Positions 8,261-16,550 of a DNA stretch of 49,157 bases are shown here, in pieces. Position 1 is the stretch's first letter, and every line of letters begins with the position of its first letter. The stretch spans positions 1 to 49,157 of the IMG/VR virus record IMGVR_UViG_3300048910_000190; one strand, written 5' to 3'. Source of the stretch: a virus. The notes under the pieces are model-generated. The model was not told the DNA's origin. It was given only the letters and a program-made list of their open reading frames with translations, and did no database searches. The position numbers were made by a program, and so were the translations under genes.

Positions 8261-8613
8261 AGGTTCACCGTCCGGCCGTGCCCGGTCAGCAGCAGCGGTT
8301 GGCCCTGCTGAATCGTCCGCCACCGGTACTTCGCCCCGCCGTAGTTGTAGACCGGCATCAGCCCCATGTCGCCGAGCTCCACCAGCCCCGCCCCGACGGC
8401 CTCCTCCACCGTGCGGACGGTCACGAGCCGCAGGAAATCCAACGGCCCGTACATCGCCGGGACGATCAACGCATACCGGCCCGCGTCCATCTGCGACAGC
8501 CAGCACGTCGTCAGATGCGGCGCCTTCGGGCCATGCGACGGCAGGTAGCGGTGAACGCGCAGGACGTGCAGCAACTCACGAACGGCAGGCCGGCAGACGG
8601 TCGTCGCGGTCAT
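8257..8613 (-). CDS. hypothetical protein
   Basis: ATG 8613 (MTATTVCRP...), ATGA coupling. Confidence 0.7.
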   Translation of the reverse strand: MTATTVCRPAVRELLHVLRVHRYLPSHGPKAPHLTTCWLSQMDAGRYALIVPAMYGPLDFLRLVTVRTVEEAVGAGLVELGDMGLMPVYNYGGAKYRWRTIQQGQPLLLTGHGRTVNL

Positions 8614-8792
8614 CGGGCCACCGCCTTGAGGCACCGCGGGCAGGTCACCGGCGTGCTGGCATCCTGCGGACGGTCGGGACGGGCCTGGATGAACCCGCAG
8701 GCAGTGATGTTGCCGATGCCGTACGGCTTGGTTGCGCAGACCTCGTCGGCGCCCCAAAGTGTCAGCCTTCCCAGCCAGTCGGTAGCGATCAC
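8610..8792 (-). CDS. small Zn-binding hypothetical protein
   Basis: TACG...VTCPRC; GGAGG RBS. Confidence 0.6.
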   Translation of the reverse strand: MIATDWLGRLTLWGADEVCATKPYGIGNITACGFIQARPDRPQDASTPVTCPRCLKAVAR

Positions 8793-8795
8793 CGG

Positions 8796-9107
8796 TCAGC
8801 CCTCCTGGGCGGTCGAGGCGGCGGTGGCACGGTCGGCCTCCGCCTGACGGATCAGACGCCCGTTGTTCGCCGCTGCCATCAGCAGGAACTCCGTCGCCCC
8901 GAGCTCCTCCGCACCCATCGGCGCGTTCTCCTCCCGGAGCCGCTCCGCCTCCCAGCAGCGGGAGCACAGGAGCGGCTGCTCGTCGCGGTCGCACCACTCG
9001 CAGGGCACGGGGATGGCGTGCATGTTGTGGTCGGGCTCGTAGCGGAACAGGGGCCGGGTCTGCTGGCAGCTGCTGCACCGGCCTTCGGTGGGCTGGGTGT
9101 TGGTCAT
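8796..9107 (-). CDS. Cys-rich hypothetical protein
   Basis: AGGAG RBS, ATG 9107; CSSC, CEWC and CSRC. Confidence 0.75.
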   Translation of the reverse strand: MTNTQPTEGRCSSCQQTRPLFRYEPDHNMHAIPVPCEWCDRDEQPLLCSRCWEAERLREENAPMGAEELGATEFLLMAAANNGRLIRQAEADRATAASTAQEG

Positions 9108-9169
9108 CGTTGCTGCTCCTGGGTGGTGTCGTTGGCGCCGTTTGCTGTTGAGGCGGCGGCGAGGTGCCC

Positions 9170-9868
9170 TCAGGCGGCGTCCTGCGAGGCTGGCTGGTGG
9201 GCTGTGGCGGCCCGGCGCTCGGCCTCGGCGACGAGCTCGGCAAGTGCGCGGCGTACTGGGGACCGGTTGATGCCGTTGACCCCGAGCTCTTGGGGGACGA
9301 AGCCGCTCCAGCAGTCGGGCCGGATGTTGATCGGGGCTTGGCCGAGGCGTTCGGCGAGGTCGGGGTGGGCGAGGACGAGGCGCTTGCGGCGGTCGTTCTC
9401 GGCCTTGGCTTGTTTCCCGACGCCGGTCCACATGCGCTTGAGGTCCCCTTCGAGGCGCATCGCTCCGAGGTCTTCGGGTTGGTAGGCGAGGGCGGCGACA
9501 GTGGGCATGCCGGGTCCGAGGGCGGCGCGCGGGGTGTTGGTGGTGCCGCTGCGGCGGCCGGCGGCGAGTTCGGCGTTGTAGGCGGTGGTGTTGTCGGGGT
9601 CGGCGGTGGGGACGGGGTCGACGTAGCGGTTGGCGCGGTCGCGGACGTGGGCTCGCCACTGGCTGGCGATGTCGCTGGGCTTCACGAGGTATGGGCTGTC
9701 GGCGTAGTGCTTGGCGACGGCGTTGAGCGCGAAGTGGTCGTCGACGTCGGTGAGGGAGACGGCCCAGAGGGCGATGGCTGCTACGGCTTCTTGGGCGTCG
9801 CTGGGGAGGATGCGCGGGTCGGTGAGCGCGATCTGCTTGAGGAACGGCCCGACGTGTTCGGGGGTCAT
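9170..9868 (-). CDS. putative helicase loader/inhibitor-like replication protein
   Basis: Coupled directly after the initiator gene; N-terminus (L..I...DPR...W...L.D.....A..AV..HY......P.DI) resembles G39P-like loader/inhibitor domains. Confidence 0.55.
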   Translation of the reverse strand: MTPEHVGPFLKQIALTDPRILPSDAQEAVAAIALWAVSLTDVDDHFALNAVAKHYADSPYLVKPSDIASQWRAHVRDRANRYVDPVPTADPDNTTAYNAELAAGRRSGTTNTPRAALGPGMPTVAALAYQPEDLGAMRLEGDLKRMWTGVGKQAKAENDRRKRLVLAHPDLAERLGQAPINIRPDCWSGFVPQELGVNGINRSPVRRALAELVAEAERRAATAHQPASQDAA

Positions 9869-10812
9869 TGGAATCCTCCGGCGGCGAGGGTGGCGGCGGC
9901 TTGGTCGAAGAGGGCCCGCTTGGCCTGGTTGGGGGTGAGGGGCCCGGCAGCGGGCAGTACGGGGGCGCTGTCGGCAGTGGGGGCGTCGGGGAGGGTGCGC
10001 CAGCCGGGGAGGAAGTAGTTGCCGGTCTGTGGGCGGCTCTTGGCGCGCTGCCACTGGCCGGCGGCGTGGTCGACGAGCATGTCGATGCCGCAGCGCTTGA
10101 TGAGGGCTTCGATGAGGAGCCAGCTGGTGTTCTCGTCCCAGCCGACGGCCATGCGGGCGTTGGTGAGGGCTTCGACGAGGGGTCGGCAGCTGGCGGGGAT
10201 GCGCGGTTGGGGGCCGACGATCGGCAGCTGCCCGGCGGTGCTGTAGCTAGCTAGCTGTACCTCCGTAGGAGGTACAGAGGTAGAGGTGTTGGCTAGGAGG
10301 GGCGTGACAGTACCTGCGGGGTCACGCTGTGACAGACCGTCCTGACCTGCGGCGGAGTCCGAAAAGTGGGGTTCGTTTCGAGGGGCATTTACGTTTTTTT
10401 GCTCTCCGAATCGACGACGATTCGAAGCGTTTTCGTCTGCGTTTTCCGGCGCGTTGTCGCGGTCGCGCTTCCTGGACTGGCGGTCGGCGGCGCGCTTGCG
10501 GGCGTCTTCGACCTGGGCGCGGGTGCTGTTGCGGCCGCCTTCGAAGAAGTCGTGGATGACGTAGTCGCCGGGCTCGGGCTGGGGGCAGCGGGGGCAGGTG
10601 TGCGGGTTGCCGTGCCAGAGGCCGACCTTGACGAGCTTGGCGGCCTGGGGCGGGGTGCCGTAGAGCTGGGCGATGACGCCGGGGACGATGCCTTCGGTGA
10701 GGTGCTGGGCGGAGTAGGAGCCGGCGCGTACGAAGAGTCCAAGGGCGGCGTTCCCGGCCTTCAGCCACTTGGGGTGGCTGTGCGCCTTGTCGTCGATCTT
10801 GAACCAGGGCAT
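9865..10812 (-). CDS. putative replication initiator (RepA-like, actinophage type)
   Basis: MPWFKIDDKAHSHPK...AALGL...LTEG N-terminus; low-complexity AT-richer linker with repeats. Confidence 0.65.
   Translation of the reverse strand: MPWFKIDDKAHSHPKWLKAGNAALGLFVRAGSYSAQHLTEGIVPGVIAQLYGTPPQAAKLVKVGLWHGNPHTCPRCPQPEPGDYVIHDFFEGGRNSTRAQVEDARKRAADRQSRKRDRDNAPENADENASNRRRFGEQKNVNAPRNEPHFSDSAAGQDGLSQRDPAGTVTPLLANTSTSVPPTEVQLASYSTAGQLPIVGPQPRIPASCRPLVEALTNARMAVGWDENTSWLLIEALIKRCGIDMLVDHAAGQWQRAKSRPQTGNYFLPGWRTLPDAPTADSAPVLPAAGPLTPNQAKRALFDQAAATLAAGGFQ
10245..10445. other. putative replication origin inside the initiator gene
   Basis: Inverted repeat CTGTACCTCC-GTA-GGAGGTACAG 10255-10277; AGCT tandem 10245-10256; GTGACAG at 10304 and 10329; adjacent AT-rich tract ~10365-10445. 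Confidence 0.45.
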
Positions 10813-10899
10813 GTCTGCTGCTTCCGGCTGGCTGGGGTGGTGGTTGGTCGCCCGTGGCGGGCGTGCGGTCCGGCCCGCCACGGGCCGTCAGGGGATGGG

Positions 10900-11250
10900 T
10901 CAGGCGGCGCGTGCGGCCCTGCGGGCATCGCGCTCGCGGTGGGCTCTGCCCTCGGCAGCGAGGCAGCCCGTGCACGGCTCGCTGCCGGCCCGGCGGTGCG
11001 CGGCTGCACCCGCCTCGGTGCCGCAGTCGGCGGCCACGCGGTCGCGCTTGGGCTTGTAGCCGGCCTTGGTGCGTTCCTTCTCGTCCTCGCCGCCCCAGAT
11101 GCCGAACTCGCGGTTGCGTCGCGCGAAGTCACGGCACTGGTCCTGCTCGGGGCAGCTGCGGCAGAGGTTCTTCGCGAACTGGATGTCGTTGGGGTTCGTG
11201 GAGAAGAACAGGTCCACGTCGTAGCGGCGGCACGGGAGGTCGGTGGTCAC
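10900..11250 (-). CDS. whiB: WhiB-family Fe-S transcription factor with extra C-terminal Cys motif
   Basis: C...LFF...AKNLCRSC.....C...FGIWGG WhiB signature; C-terminal CGT...H...PCTGC. Confidence 0.9.
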   Translation of the reverse strand: MTTDLPCRRYDVDLFFSTNPNDIQFAKNLCRSCPEQDQCRDFARRNREFGIWGGEDEKERTKAGYKPKRDRVAADCGTEAGAAAHRRAGSEPCTGCLAAEGRAHRERDARRAARAA

Positions 11251-11546
11251 TTGACGGCCTCCTTGCTGGCACGCCAGCGCCAGATCGTGCGGGGTGTGAC
11301 GTTGAGGACGGCGGAGAGCTCGGCGGCGGAGAGCTCGTGCTCGTCGGTGATGAGGGTCCAGGCGAGCCGGGCCTCGGCGGGGTTGAGTGGCACCGTCGGG
11401 TGTTCTCCGCCGAGGACCCGCTCGATCGCGTTGAGGTCCACGAGGGGCTGCTGGCCGATGGTGGGTTCGGCGTGGATGGTGAGTGGCGCGCGGTAGCGGA
11501 CGAGTACGTCGCCGAGCTTCCGCTTGGGCCGGATGATCAGCCTCAC
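11247..11546 (-). CDS. HTH DNA-binding protein
   Basis: LSAAELSAVLNVTPRTIWRWR. Confidence 0.75.
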   Translation of the reverse strand: MRLIIRPKRKLGDVLVRYRAPLTIHAEPTIGQQPLVDLNAIERVLGGEHPTVPLNPAEARLAWTLITDEHELSAAELSAVLNVTPRTIWRWRASKEAVK

Positions 11547-11725
11547 TCTGTGCCCCCTACCTGCTTGGCGTGGGGGCCGAGGATGGCGTCGAGGAGGGCC
11601 TGCTCGTCGTCCTGGTTGAGGGCGTTGGTGGCGATGAGGTCGGCGACGCGCTGGTAGTCCTCGTCGTCAGGTTCGCGGCAGGGCCCGAGGGCGGCGGTCG
11701 CGTTGTCGCTGTACGGCTCGCTCAC
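11543..11725 (-). CDS. small acidic hypothetical protein
   Basis: GTG 11725 overlaps the upstream stop; VSEPYSDNAT... Confidence 0.6.
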   Translation of the reverse strand: MSEPYSDNATAALGPCREPDDEDYQRVADLIATNALNQDDEQALLDAILGPHAKQVGGTE

Positions 11726-12603
11726 TCGGCACCCCCGGGCTGTGCGACGGCCGGCCACGGGGTGCCCTCTGCGGGCTGGGCCTGCTCGGCGGGTGCCTGC
11801 GGGGCGGCCTGCTGGCTGATCTCGGAGGCGGTGACGCGTTCGGCGGGGAACTCGTCCTCGATGGTGACGGCGCCCTGCTGGAGGCTCTTGTACGTGACGG
11901 TGAGCTGGGCGACGTCGTAGTCGGTCCACTTCTCGGAGGGGCGCCCGAACTTCTGGGCGATCCGGTCCTCGGAGACGCCGAGCCCGTCGAACACCCTGAT
12001 GGCGTCGGCGATGCGCTGCGGGAGCGGCTTGCCGCCGCCGCCACGCAACGTCTGCGAGCACAGTTCCTTCGCCTCTTCGACGAACCAGGGCGGCAGGATC
12101 GCGAAGATCGCCTCACGGACGCGGCGGGCACCGTTGTTGGCGTTGTTCTCGTAGATGTCCCGCATGTCGGTGAGCTGCTTCGCGCCGTCTTTCGTGTCCC
12201 GCTTGTGGGGGACGACGAACGTCGAGCTGTTGCGGGAGTTGGTCTGCACGTCCCACGCGAACGCCTGCATCTCGGACTGCCCGTACTCGTCGTCACGCCG
12301 CAGCTCGATCAGCCCGTACTGGATGTTGCCCCAGCAGCGGGCGAGCTCCCGGGCGAGGTGCACCGACGGGCCGGAGACGGCCCCTCCGGCACGGGGGAAC
12401 CTGAAGAACGCCCGCTCGGCGAGCGCGGTCTGCTGGCAGGACTGCCGCATCTGCTGCAGCGCCGAGGTGAGGTTGCGGGGGCATTGCTGGGCGACGACGA
12501 TCGCGGCCTGGACCTCGGCGACGGCGCGGGACTGCTCGACGGCGGTGCCCTGGCCGATGCGGCCCGGCAGTGGGGGCATGTACTGCTCGACGGGGTTGCT
12601 CAC
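11722..12603 (-). CDS. putative single-strand annealing (RecT-like) recombination protein
   Basis: Coupled to the RecE-like gene; GTG 12603 with AGGAG RBS; GPSVHLARELARCWGNI...AFAWDVQTN core. Confidence 0.65.
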   Translation of the reverse strand: MSNPVEQYMPPLPGRIGQGTAVEQSRAVAEVQAAIVVAQQCPRNLTSALQQMRQSCQQTALAERAFFRFPRAGGAVSGPSVHLARELARCWGNIQYGLIELRRDDEYGQSEMQAFAWDVQTNSRNSSTFVVPHKRDTKDGAKQLTDMRDIYENNANNGARRVREAIFAILPPWFVEEAKELCSQTLRGGGGKPLPQRIADAIRVFDGLGVSEDRIAQKFGRPSEKWTDYDVAQLTVTYKSLQQGAVTIEDEFPAERVTASEISQQAAPQAPAEQAQPAEGTPWPAVAQPGGAE

Positions 12604-13499
12604 TGCATCTCCTGCATCTGACGGTCCTGGGCCCACTGGGGAAGGGAGACGATCTCGACCTGGTCGGAGTAGCCGGGCCAGTGGTCGGCGGCGGCGCACT
12701 GCTGGTACAGGGAGATCGCTTTGCGGTTGCGCTGGCGGCCGAGCCGCATCGTCACGTGGTCGAGCTGCACCACCGTGACCAGGTACGGGGCGGTCTTCTC
12801 CTGGAACACGAAGACGAACGCGGCACTGTCGTCGGCGACCCCGACCGCGCGGACGGCGTCGAGGTACCAGGCGGCCTGCTGGTGGTAGCCGTACGTGTGG
12901 ACGGACTTGGCGATGGCCTCGGGCTCGGCGGAGACGGTCGTCTTGTAGTCGGCGATGACCATCCGCCCGCATCCCGGGGTGGGGAGCCAGTCGAGCCGGG
13001 CCCGGCGCCACACGCCGGTGGCGTGGTCGGCCCAGAACAGGGACTGCTCGGGCTCGCCCGCGCCGGTCGCGAACAGGGCGCTGGCGATGGGGTGCTGGCG
13101 GAGCGCGGCGGCCATGTGCTGGACCTGCTGGTATTCGGCCGGCTTGAGGGGGATGCCGCCGCTCTCCCGGACTTCGCGGACTTTGGCCTTGACGGCACTC
13201 GTTCGCCACTCATCGGCGTCGATCCGCACCAGCTCTGGACCGGTGCCGAGGACGAGGCCGTGGGCTGCGGTGCCGAGGTCGAAGACCTTGCGGTGTCGCT
13301 GGCCGTTGAGCTGCTCGTGGCGGAACAAGGCTGGGCAGCTGGGCGCCAGCAACTTGCGGGCGCCGGTGGAGGAAAGGGAGCCTCCCGGGACGGGGTCGGC
13401 GTGGTACTGCTCGTTGGTGAGGTCGTAGATGCCGGGCTCGGTGATGATGGGTCCGGCGGCCGGGGCCGTGGTGGCCCCGGCGGTCGAGGTGATGGTCAC
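12600..13499 (-). CDS. RecE/Exonuclease VIII-like PD-(D/E)XK nuclease
   Basis: YHAD...LSSTG...GTAAH...EQSLFW...RARLD...IADYKT...YGYHQQAAWY. Confidence 0.9.
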   Translation of the reverse strand: MTITSTAGATTAPAAGPIITEPGIYDLTNEQYHADPVPGGSLSSTGARKLLAPSCPALFRHEQLNGQRHRKVFDLGTAAHGLVLGTGPELVRIDADEWRTSAVKAKVREVRESGGIPLKPAEYQQVQHMAAALRQHPIASALFATGAGEPEQSLFWADHATGVWRRARLDWLPTPGCGRMVIADYKTTVSAEPEAIAKSVHTYGYHQQAAWYLDAVRAVGVADDSAAFVFVFQEKTAPYLVTVVQLDHVTMRLGRQRNRKAISLYQQCAAADHWPGYSDQVEIVSLPQWAQDRQMQEMQ

Positions 13500-13843
13500 A
13501 GCTTGGTCCCCTTCGAGCTGCCCGCGTCGATGGCGGCGTGCTGCTCGTAGCTGCGGCCGAGGGCGTTGTCGAGCTGGGAGCGAAGCCCGTTGCGGTCTCG
13601 CCGGAGGAGGTCAATCTCGGATGCGAGCCGGACGTTCTCGGCGAGGAGGTCGCGGTGCCCAGCGGTCAACGCCTCCCGGGCGATCTGCGCCTCGGCCTCG
13701 GCAGTGTCGGCCCGCTTGATGGCGGCGACACGGTCGGCAGCGAGCTGGGCAGCTTGCTCGCGGGTCTCCCGCAGGTCGGCCCGCAGGAGGCGGACCACCC
13801 GGGCGTGCAGCTCCTCGCGGCGGCGACGAGTCCAGATCATCAT
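13496..13843 (-). CDS. coiled-coil hypothetical protein
   Basis: Coupled starts and stops; heptad pattern. Confidence 0.7.
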   Translation of the reverse strand: MMIWTRRRREELHARVVRLLRADLRETREQAAQLAADRVAAIKRADTAEAEAQIAREALTAGHRDLLAENVRLASEIDLLRRDRNGLRSQLDNALGRSYEQHAAIDAGSSKGTKL

Positions 13844-14016
13844 CAGAAGTCCCCCTTCTCCAGCTGCTCGTGGGCGGCGCGGACGAGGTCCCGCGCGTTG
13901 TCCGCCACCTTCTTCAGCTCGTCGAGCTGGGCGTTGGCGGTGTCGAGCTGGACCTGCAGGTCATCGACCTGGGCCTCCAGCTCGTCGATGCGGTCCTGCA
14001 TCTCCTCGGTGTCCAT
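13843..14016 (-). CDS. small acidic coiled-coil protein (57 aa)
   Basis: Not in the ORF track; MDTEEMQDRIDELEAQVDDLQVQLDTANAQLDELKKVADNARDLVRAAHEQLEKGDF; TGATG coupling at both ends. Confidence 0.75.
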   Translation of the reverse strand: MDTEEMQDRIDELEAQVDDLQVQLDTANAQLDELKKVADNARDLVRAAHEQLEKGDF

Positions 14017-14357
14017 CAGTTGACGTCCTCGCCCTGGCGGCTGCGGCGCTTGGCGTCAGCCAGGAACGCGTCAGCGTCGTGGCGCCGGTCGAAGGTCACC
14101 GAGCGACGCCTCTTGCCGTCGCTCCAGCGGACCTGCCACTTGCTGGCCCGGGTCCGGGCCACGGAGCCGGACACGGCACGCGGTTCGGCACGCTCACGGA
14201 GCCGCTCGATCTCTGCCTCGGCGTCGGACAGTTCGTCGTCCAGGCCGTCGATCTCGTCCAGGAGCTGGATGATCAGCGGGCCGTCCGGGCTGATCTCCTC
14301 CGCGTACTTGCGGATGTTCGCCAGGTTCTCGGGGTTGAGTTCGTCGACGGGGTTCAT
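14016..14357 (-). CDS. coiled coil fused to an integrase-arm-like DNA-binding domain
   Basis: C-terminus KWQVRWSDGKRRRSVTFDRRHDADAF resembles the three-strand/helix arm-binding N-terminus of tyrosine integrases. Confidence 0.6.
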   Translation of the reverse strand: MNPVDELNPENLANIRKYAEEISPDGPLIIQLLDEIDGLDDELSDAEAEIERLRERAEPRAVSGSVARTRASKWQVRWSDGKRRRSVTFDRRHDADAFLADAKRRSRQGEDVN

Positions 14358-14794
14358 GCGACCCTCCGGTCCTGCTGGTTGGGGATGGCGGACCCGGCGG
14401 CGGCGATGATGCGGTCCGCGAGGCGGTGTGCGGCGGTCGAGCCCATGCGCTGCGTCGCACCACCGAGCCGGTCGAGGAGCTGGTCGAGCAGGGCGTCCCG
14501 CTCACCGTCCGACGAGGCGGCCAGCTCCTGCAGCTGCCAGCCGACACCGTCCGGGTCCTCGGCGAAGTCCTTCGCGAGCCCGACCAGCAGGGCGCCAACC
14601 AGGTCGTAGTGGTCGAGCTCGACGCCGATACCGGTCCGGCGGATGGAGATGGCGAACGGGGCACCAACCCGCTCCACCGGGGTCGCGAGCAGACCATCCC
14701 GGTCGAGCAACTCGGCGGCCTGCCGGGCCTTGTGGCGGCCCAGACTGTGGGTGAGGGCGCGGACCGTGCGCCGCACCACGGGATTCCCGATCAT
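14354..14794 (-). CDS. hypothetical protein
   Basis: GGGAGAG RBS, ATG 14794 (MIGNPVVRR...). Confidence 0.7.
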   Translation of the reverse strand: MIGNPVVRRTVRALTHSLGRHKARQAAELLDRDGLLATPVERVGAPFAISIRRTGIGVELDHYDLVGALLVGLAKDFAEDPDGVGWQLQELAASSDGERDALLDQLLDRLGGATQRMGSTAAHRLADRIIAAAGSAIPNQQDRRVA

Positions 14795-14910
14795 CGGGCA
14801 CTCTCCCTGGTCAAGAGGCGGTAGATGCGGCGAACAGCGGCCGAGATCGCTTCCGCGATGGCGGCGGCCACGAGGGCCCCGGCGGCGGCGAAGACGATGA
14901 GGCCGGTCAC
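14791..14910 (-). CDS. small membrane peptide (39 aa)
   Basis: Not in the ORF track; VTGLIVFAAAGALVAAAIAEAISAAVRRIYRLLTRESAR; coupled at both ends. Confidence 0.55.
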   Translation of the reverse strand: MTGLIVFAAAGALVAAAIAEAISAAVRRIYRLLTRESAR

Positions 14911-15452
14911 TGGCTGGCCCAGACGTACGAGACGCTGCTGCCGCCGAGCGCCTGGTGGTCACCGCCGTGGCCGGCGGGCCAGTCGCAGCGGCGCCCGCGC
15001 GGCGATTCGTTGTTGCAGCGACCAGCGAGGGACTCCAGCTCGGCGATACGGGCTTGGGCTGCCGTCAGGAGCTCCCCGATGCTGGCGGTCTCGTACCGGG
15101 CGCTTTCCACGGTCGCCTGGAGCCGGGGCGCGAGCAGCTGGTAGGAGCCGAGGGTTGCGCGGGTGCTCTCGTGGGCGGTCTGCTCGGCGGCAAGGGCGGC
15201 GGTCAGGCGCCGTACCTCTGCGAGCAGAGCGGGCACGTCCTGGCGGGCATGTGCCATGAACGCGCCGTTCGCGTCGCCGTAGTCCGGAAGGTCGACGACG
15301 CAGGTCTCGCCGATCCACATGCTGGCGGCGGGAACGCCGGGCTCGCCGACGTAGATCTCGTGACCGTCGTTCCACCACAGCCCCGGCAGGGCGGCGTTGG
15401 CGCGCTGCTCGATCGCGTCGAGCTGCTCGGCGGGCATGCCGTCCGTGTTCAC
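14907..15452 (-). CDS. Ead/Ea22-like protein
   Basis: LDAIEQRANAALPGLW...ANGAFMAHARQDVPALLAEVRRL; GGAGG RBS, GTG 15452. Confidence 0.65.
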   Translation of the reverse strand: MNTDGMPAEQLDAIEQRANAALPGLWWNDGHEIYVGEPGVPAASMWIGETCVVDLPDYGDANGAFMAHARQDVPALLAEVRRLTAALAAEQTAHESTRATLGSYQLLAPRLQATVESARYETASIGELLTAAQARIAELESLAGRCNNESPRGRRCDWPAGHGGDHQALGGSSVSYVWASQ

Positions 15453-15634
15453 AGCCGTCCCTCCGCCCGCGCAGTGGCGACAGCGGCGGCGTACGCGAGG
15501 CGCGTCTCCTGCGACCACTCACCCGGGTCACCGTGGTCGTCCATCCAGCAGGAGCACAGCTCCAACTCGGCGTCCGAGCAGCGGGTCCGCACCGGCAGCG
15601 GCTCGGCGGCGGAGACGAATCCGTTGGCCATCAC
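15449..15634 (-). CDS. small hypothetical protein
   Basis: Coupled at both ends; RC...CSC...H motif. Confidence 0.6.
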   Translation of the reverse strand: MMANGFVSAAEPLPVRTRCSDAELELCSCWMDDHGDPGEWSQETRLAYAAAVATARAEGRL

Positions 15635-15990
15635 GCCGCCACCCCCAGCACGACCGAGGTGAGCGGGTACGTCACGGTCAGGCCGATCCGGATGCCGCGG
15701 AAGCGGAACCGCAGCTCCTCCGTCTCATGGGCACCGGTGCTGTCGGACCCCTGCCAGCGCTCCGTCTCGTGCTCGCCGATCGCGAGCCGCCACGGCTCGA
15801 AGTCCGCCTGCCGGGGCATCTCGTCCAGCGAGAACGAGCCGCGCAGGTAGCCGCTCTCGTGGACGAACCACATCGGCAGGCGGTCGGCGCCCAAGCTCAC
15901 CGCCAACGCGGTGAGGTCGGTAGCGGCTCGCAACGAAGCGAGCTGCAGGGGCTGTTGGGCCCGGGGGGTCTGTTCGGTAGGCTGGTTCAT
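15631..15990 (-). CDS. hypothetical protein
   Basis: AAGGGAG RBS; GC3-biased frame. Confidence 0.75.
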   Translation of the reverse strand: MNQPTEQTPRAQQPLQLASLRAATDLTALAVSLGADRLPMWFVHESGYLRGSFSLDEMPRQADFEPWRLAIGEHETERWQGSDSTGAHETEELRFRFRGIRIGLTVTYPLTSVVLGVAA

Positions 15991-16082
15991 GGCCTACTCC
16001 CTTCGTGTGATCGCGATGGGTTGCGTAGTGGGCCTGGGTCGTCCCCTGGGGTCGCATCCGGGGGCGGCCCGCCCTTGAGGGG

Positions 16083-16550
16083 TCAGGCGGAGCGGCGGGC
16101 GCCCGAGTTGACCGGCTGCACCGTGAAGCTCTTGAGGATCAGGCGGACCTGGGCCTCGGAGAAGCGCAGCAGGCCCTTCGAGTTGCCCGGCAGCGTCAGG
16201 TAGGTGCACTCGATCGAGCGCGATGCCGCTGCCTTCTGCAACCAGCTCTTGGAGATGCCCCACAGGTCGGCGACCTGCTGGGCGGTGAAGAGCCGCAGGT
16301 CGGCGTCTTCGGCGATGGCGGTGGTCATGAACCTCTCCTGGGTGATGGCCTCCGGTGGCACGCCGAGGGCTTCGGCGATGCACGTGAGGACGTGCTGGCG
16401 CGGTTTCCGGTCACCCCGTTCGATCTGGGCCAGGTAGCTGGGCGAGATGCCCGCTGCCGTGGCGATCTCCAGCAGGCTGGAGTGCCTGGCCTCACGAAGG
16501 GCCCTGATTGCCGCGCCATTCGGTGTCACGAGGAAGACGTTACGCGTCAT
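16083..16550 (-). CDS. Cro-like XRE HTH fused in frame to an excisionase-like (HTH_17/MerR-type) domain
   Basis: IRALREARHSSLLEIATAAGISPSYLAQIERG (XRE) plus LFTAQQVADLWGISKSWL...LRFSEAQV (Xis-like); internal AGGAGAGG RBS and ATG at 16328. Confidence 0.75.
   Translation of the reverse strand: MTRNVFLVTPNGAAIRALREARHSSLLEIATAAGISPSYLAQIERGDRKPRQHVLTCIAEALGVPPEAITQERFMTTAIAEDADLRLFTAQQVADLWGISKSWLQKAAASRSIECTYLTLPGNSKGLLRFSEAQVRLILKSFTVQPVNSGARRSA

Noticed and set aside
11722-13209. 495-aa version of the annealing protein and similar 5'-extended ORF calls
   Set aside because: The extensions overlap upstream genes in another frame; starts were reassigned to SD-supported, stop-coupled codons (here GTG 12603).
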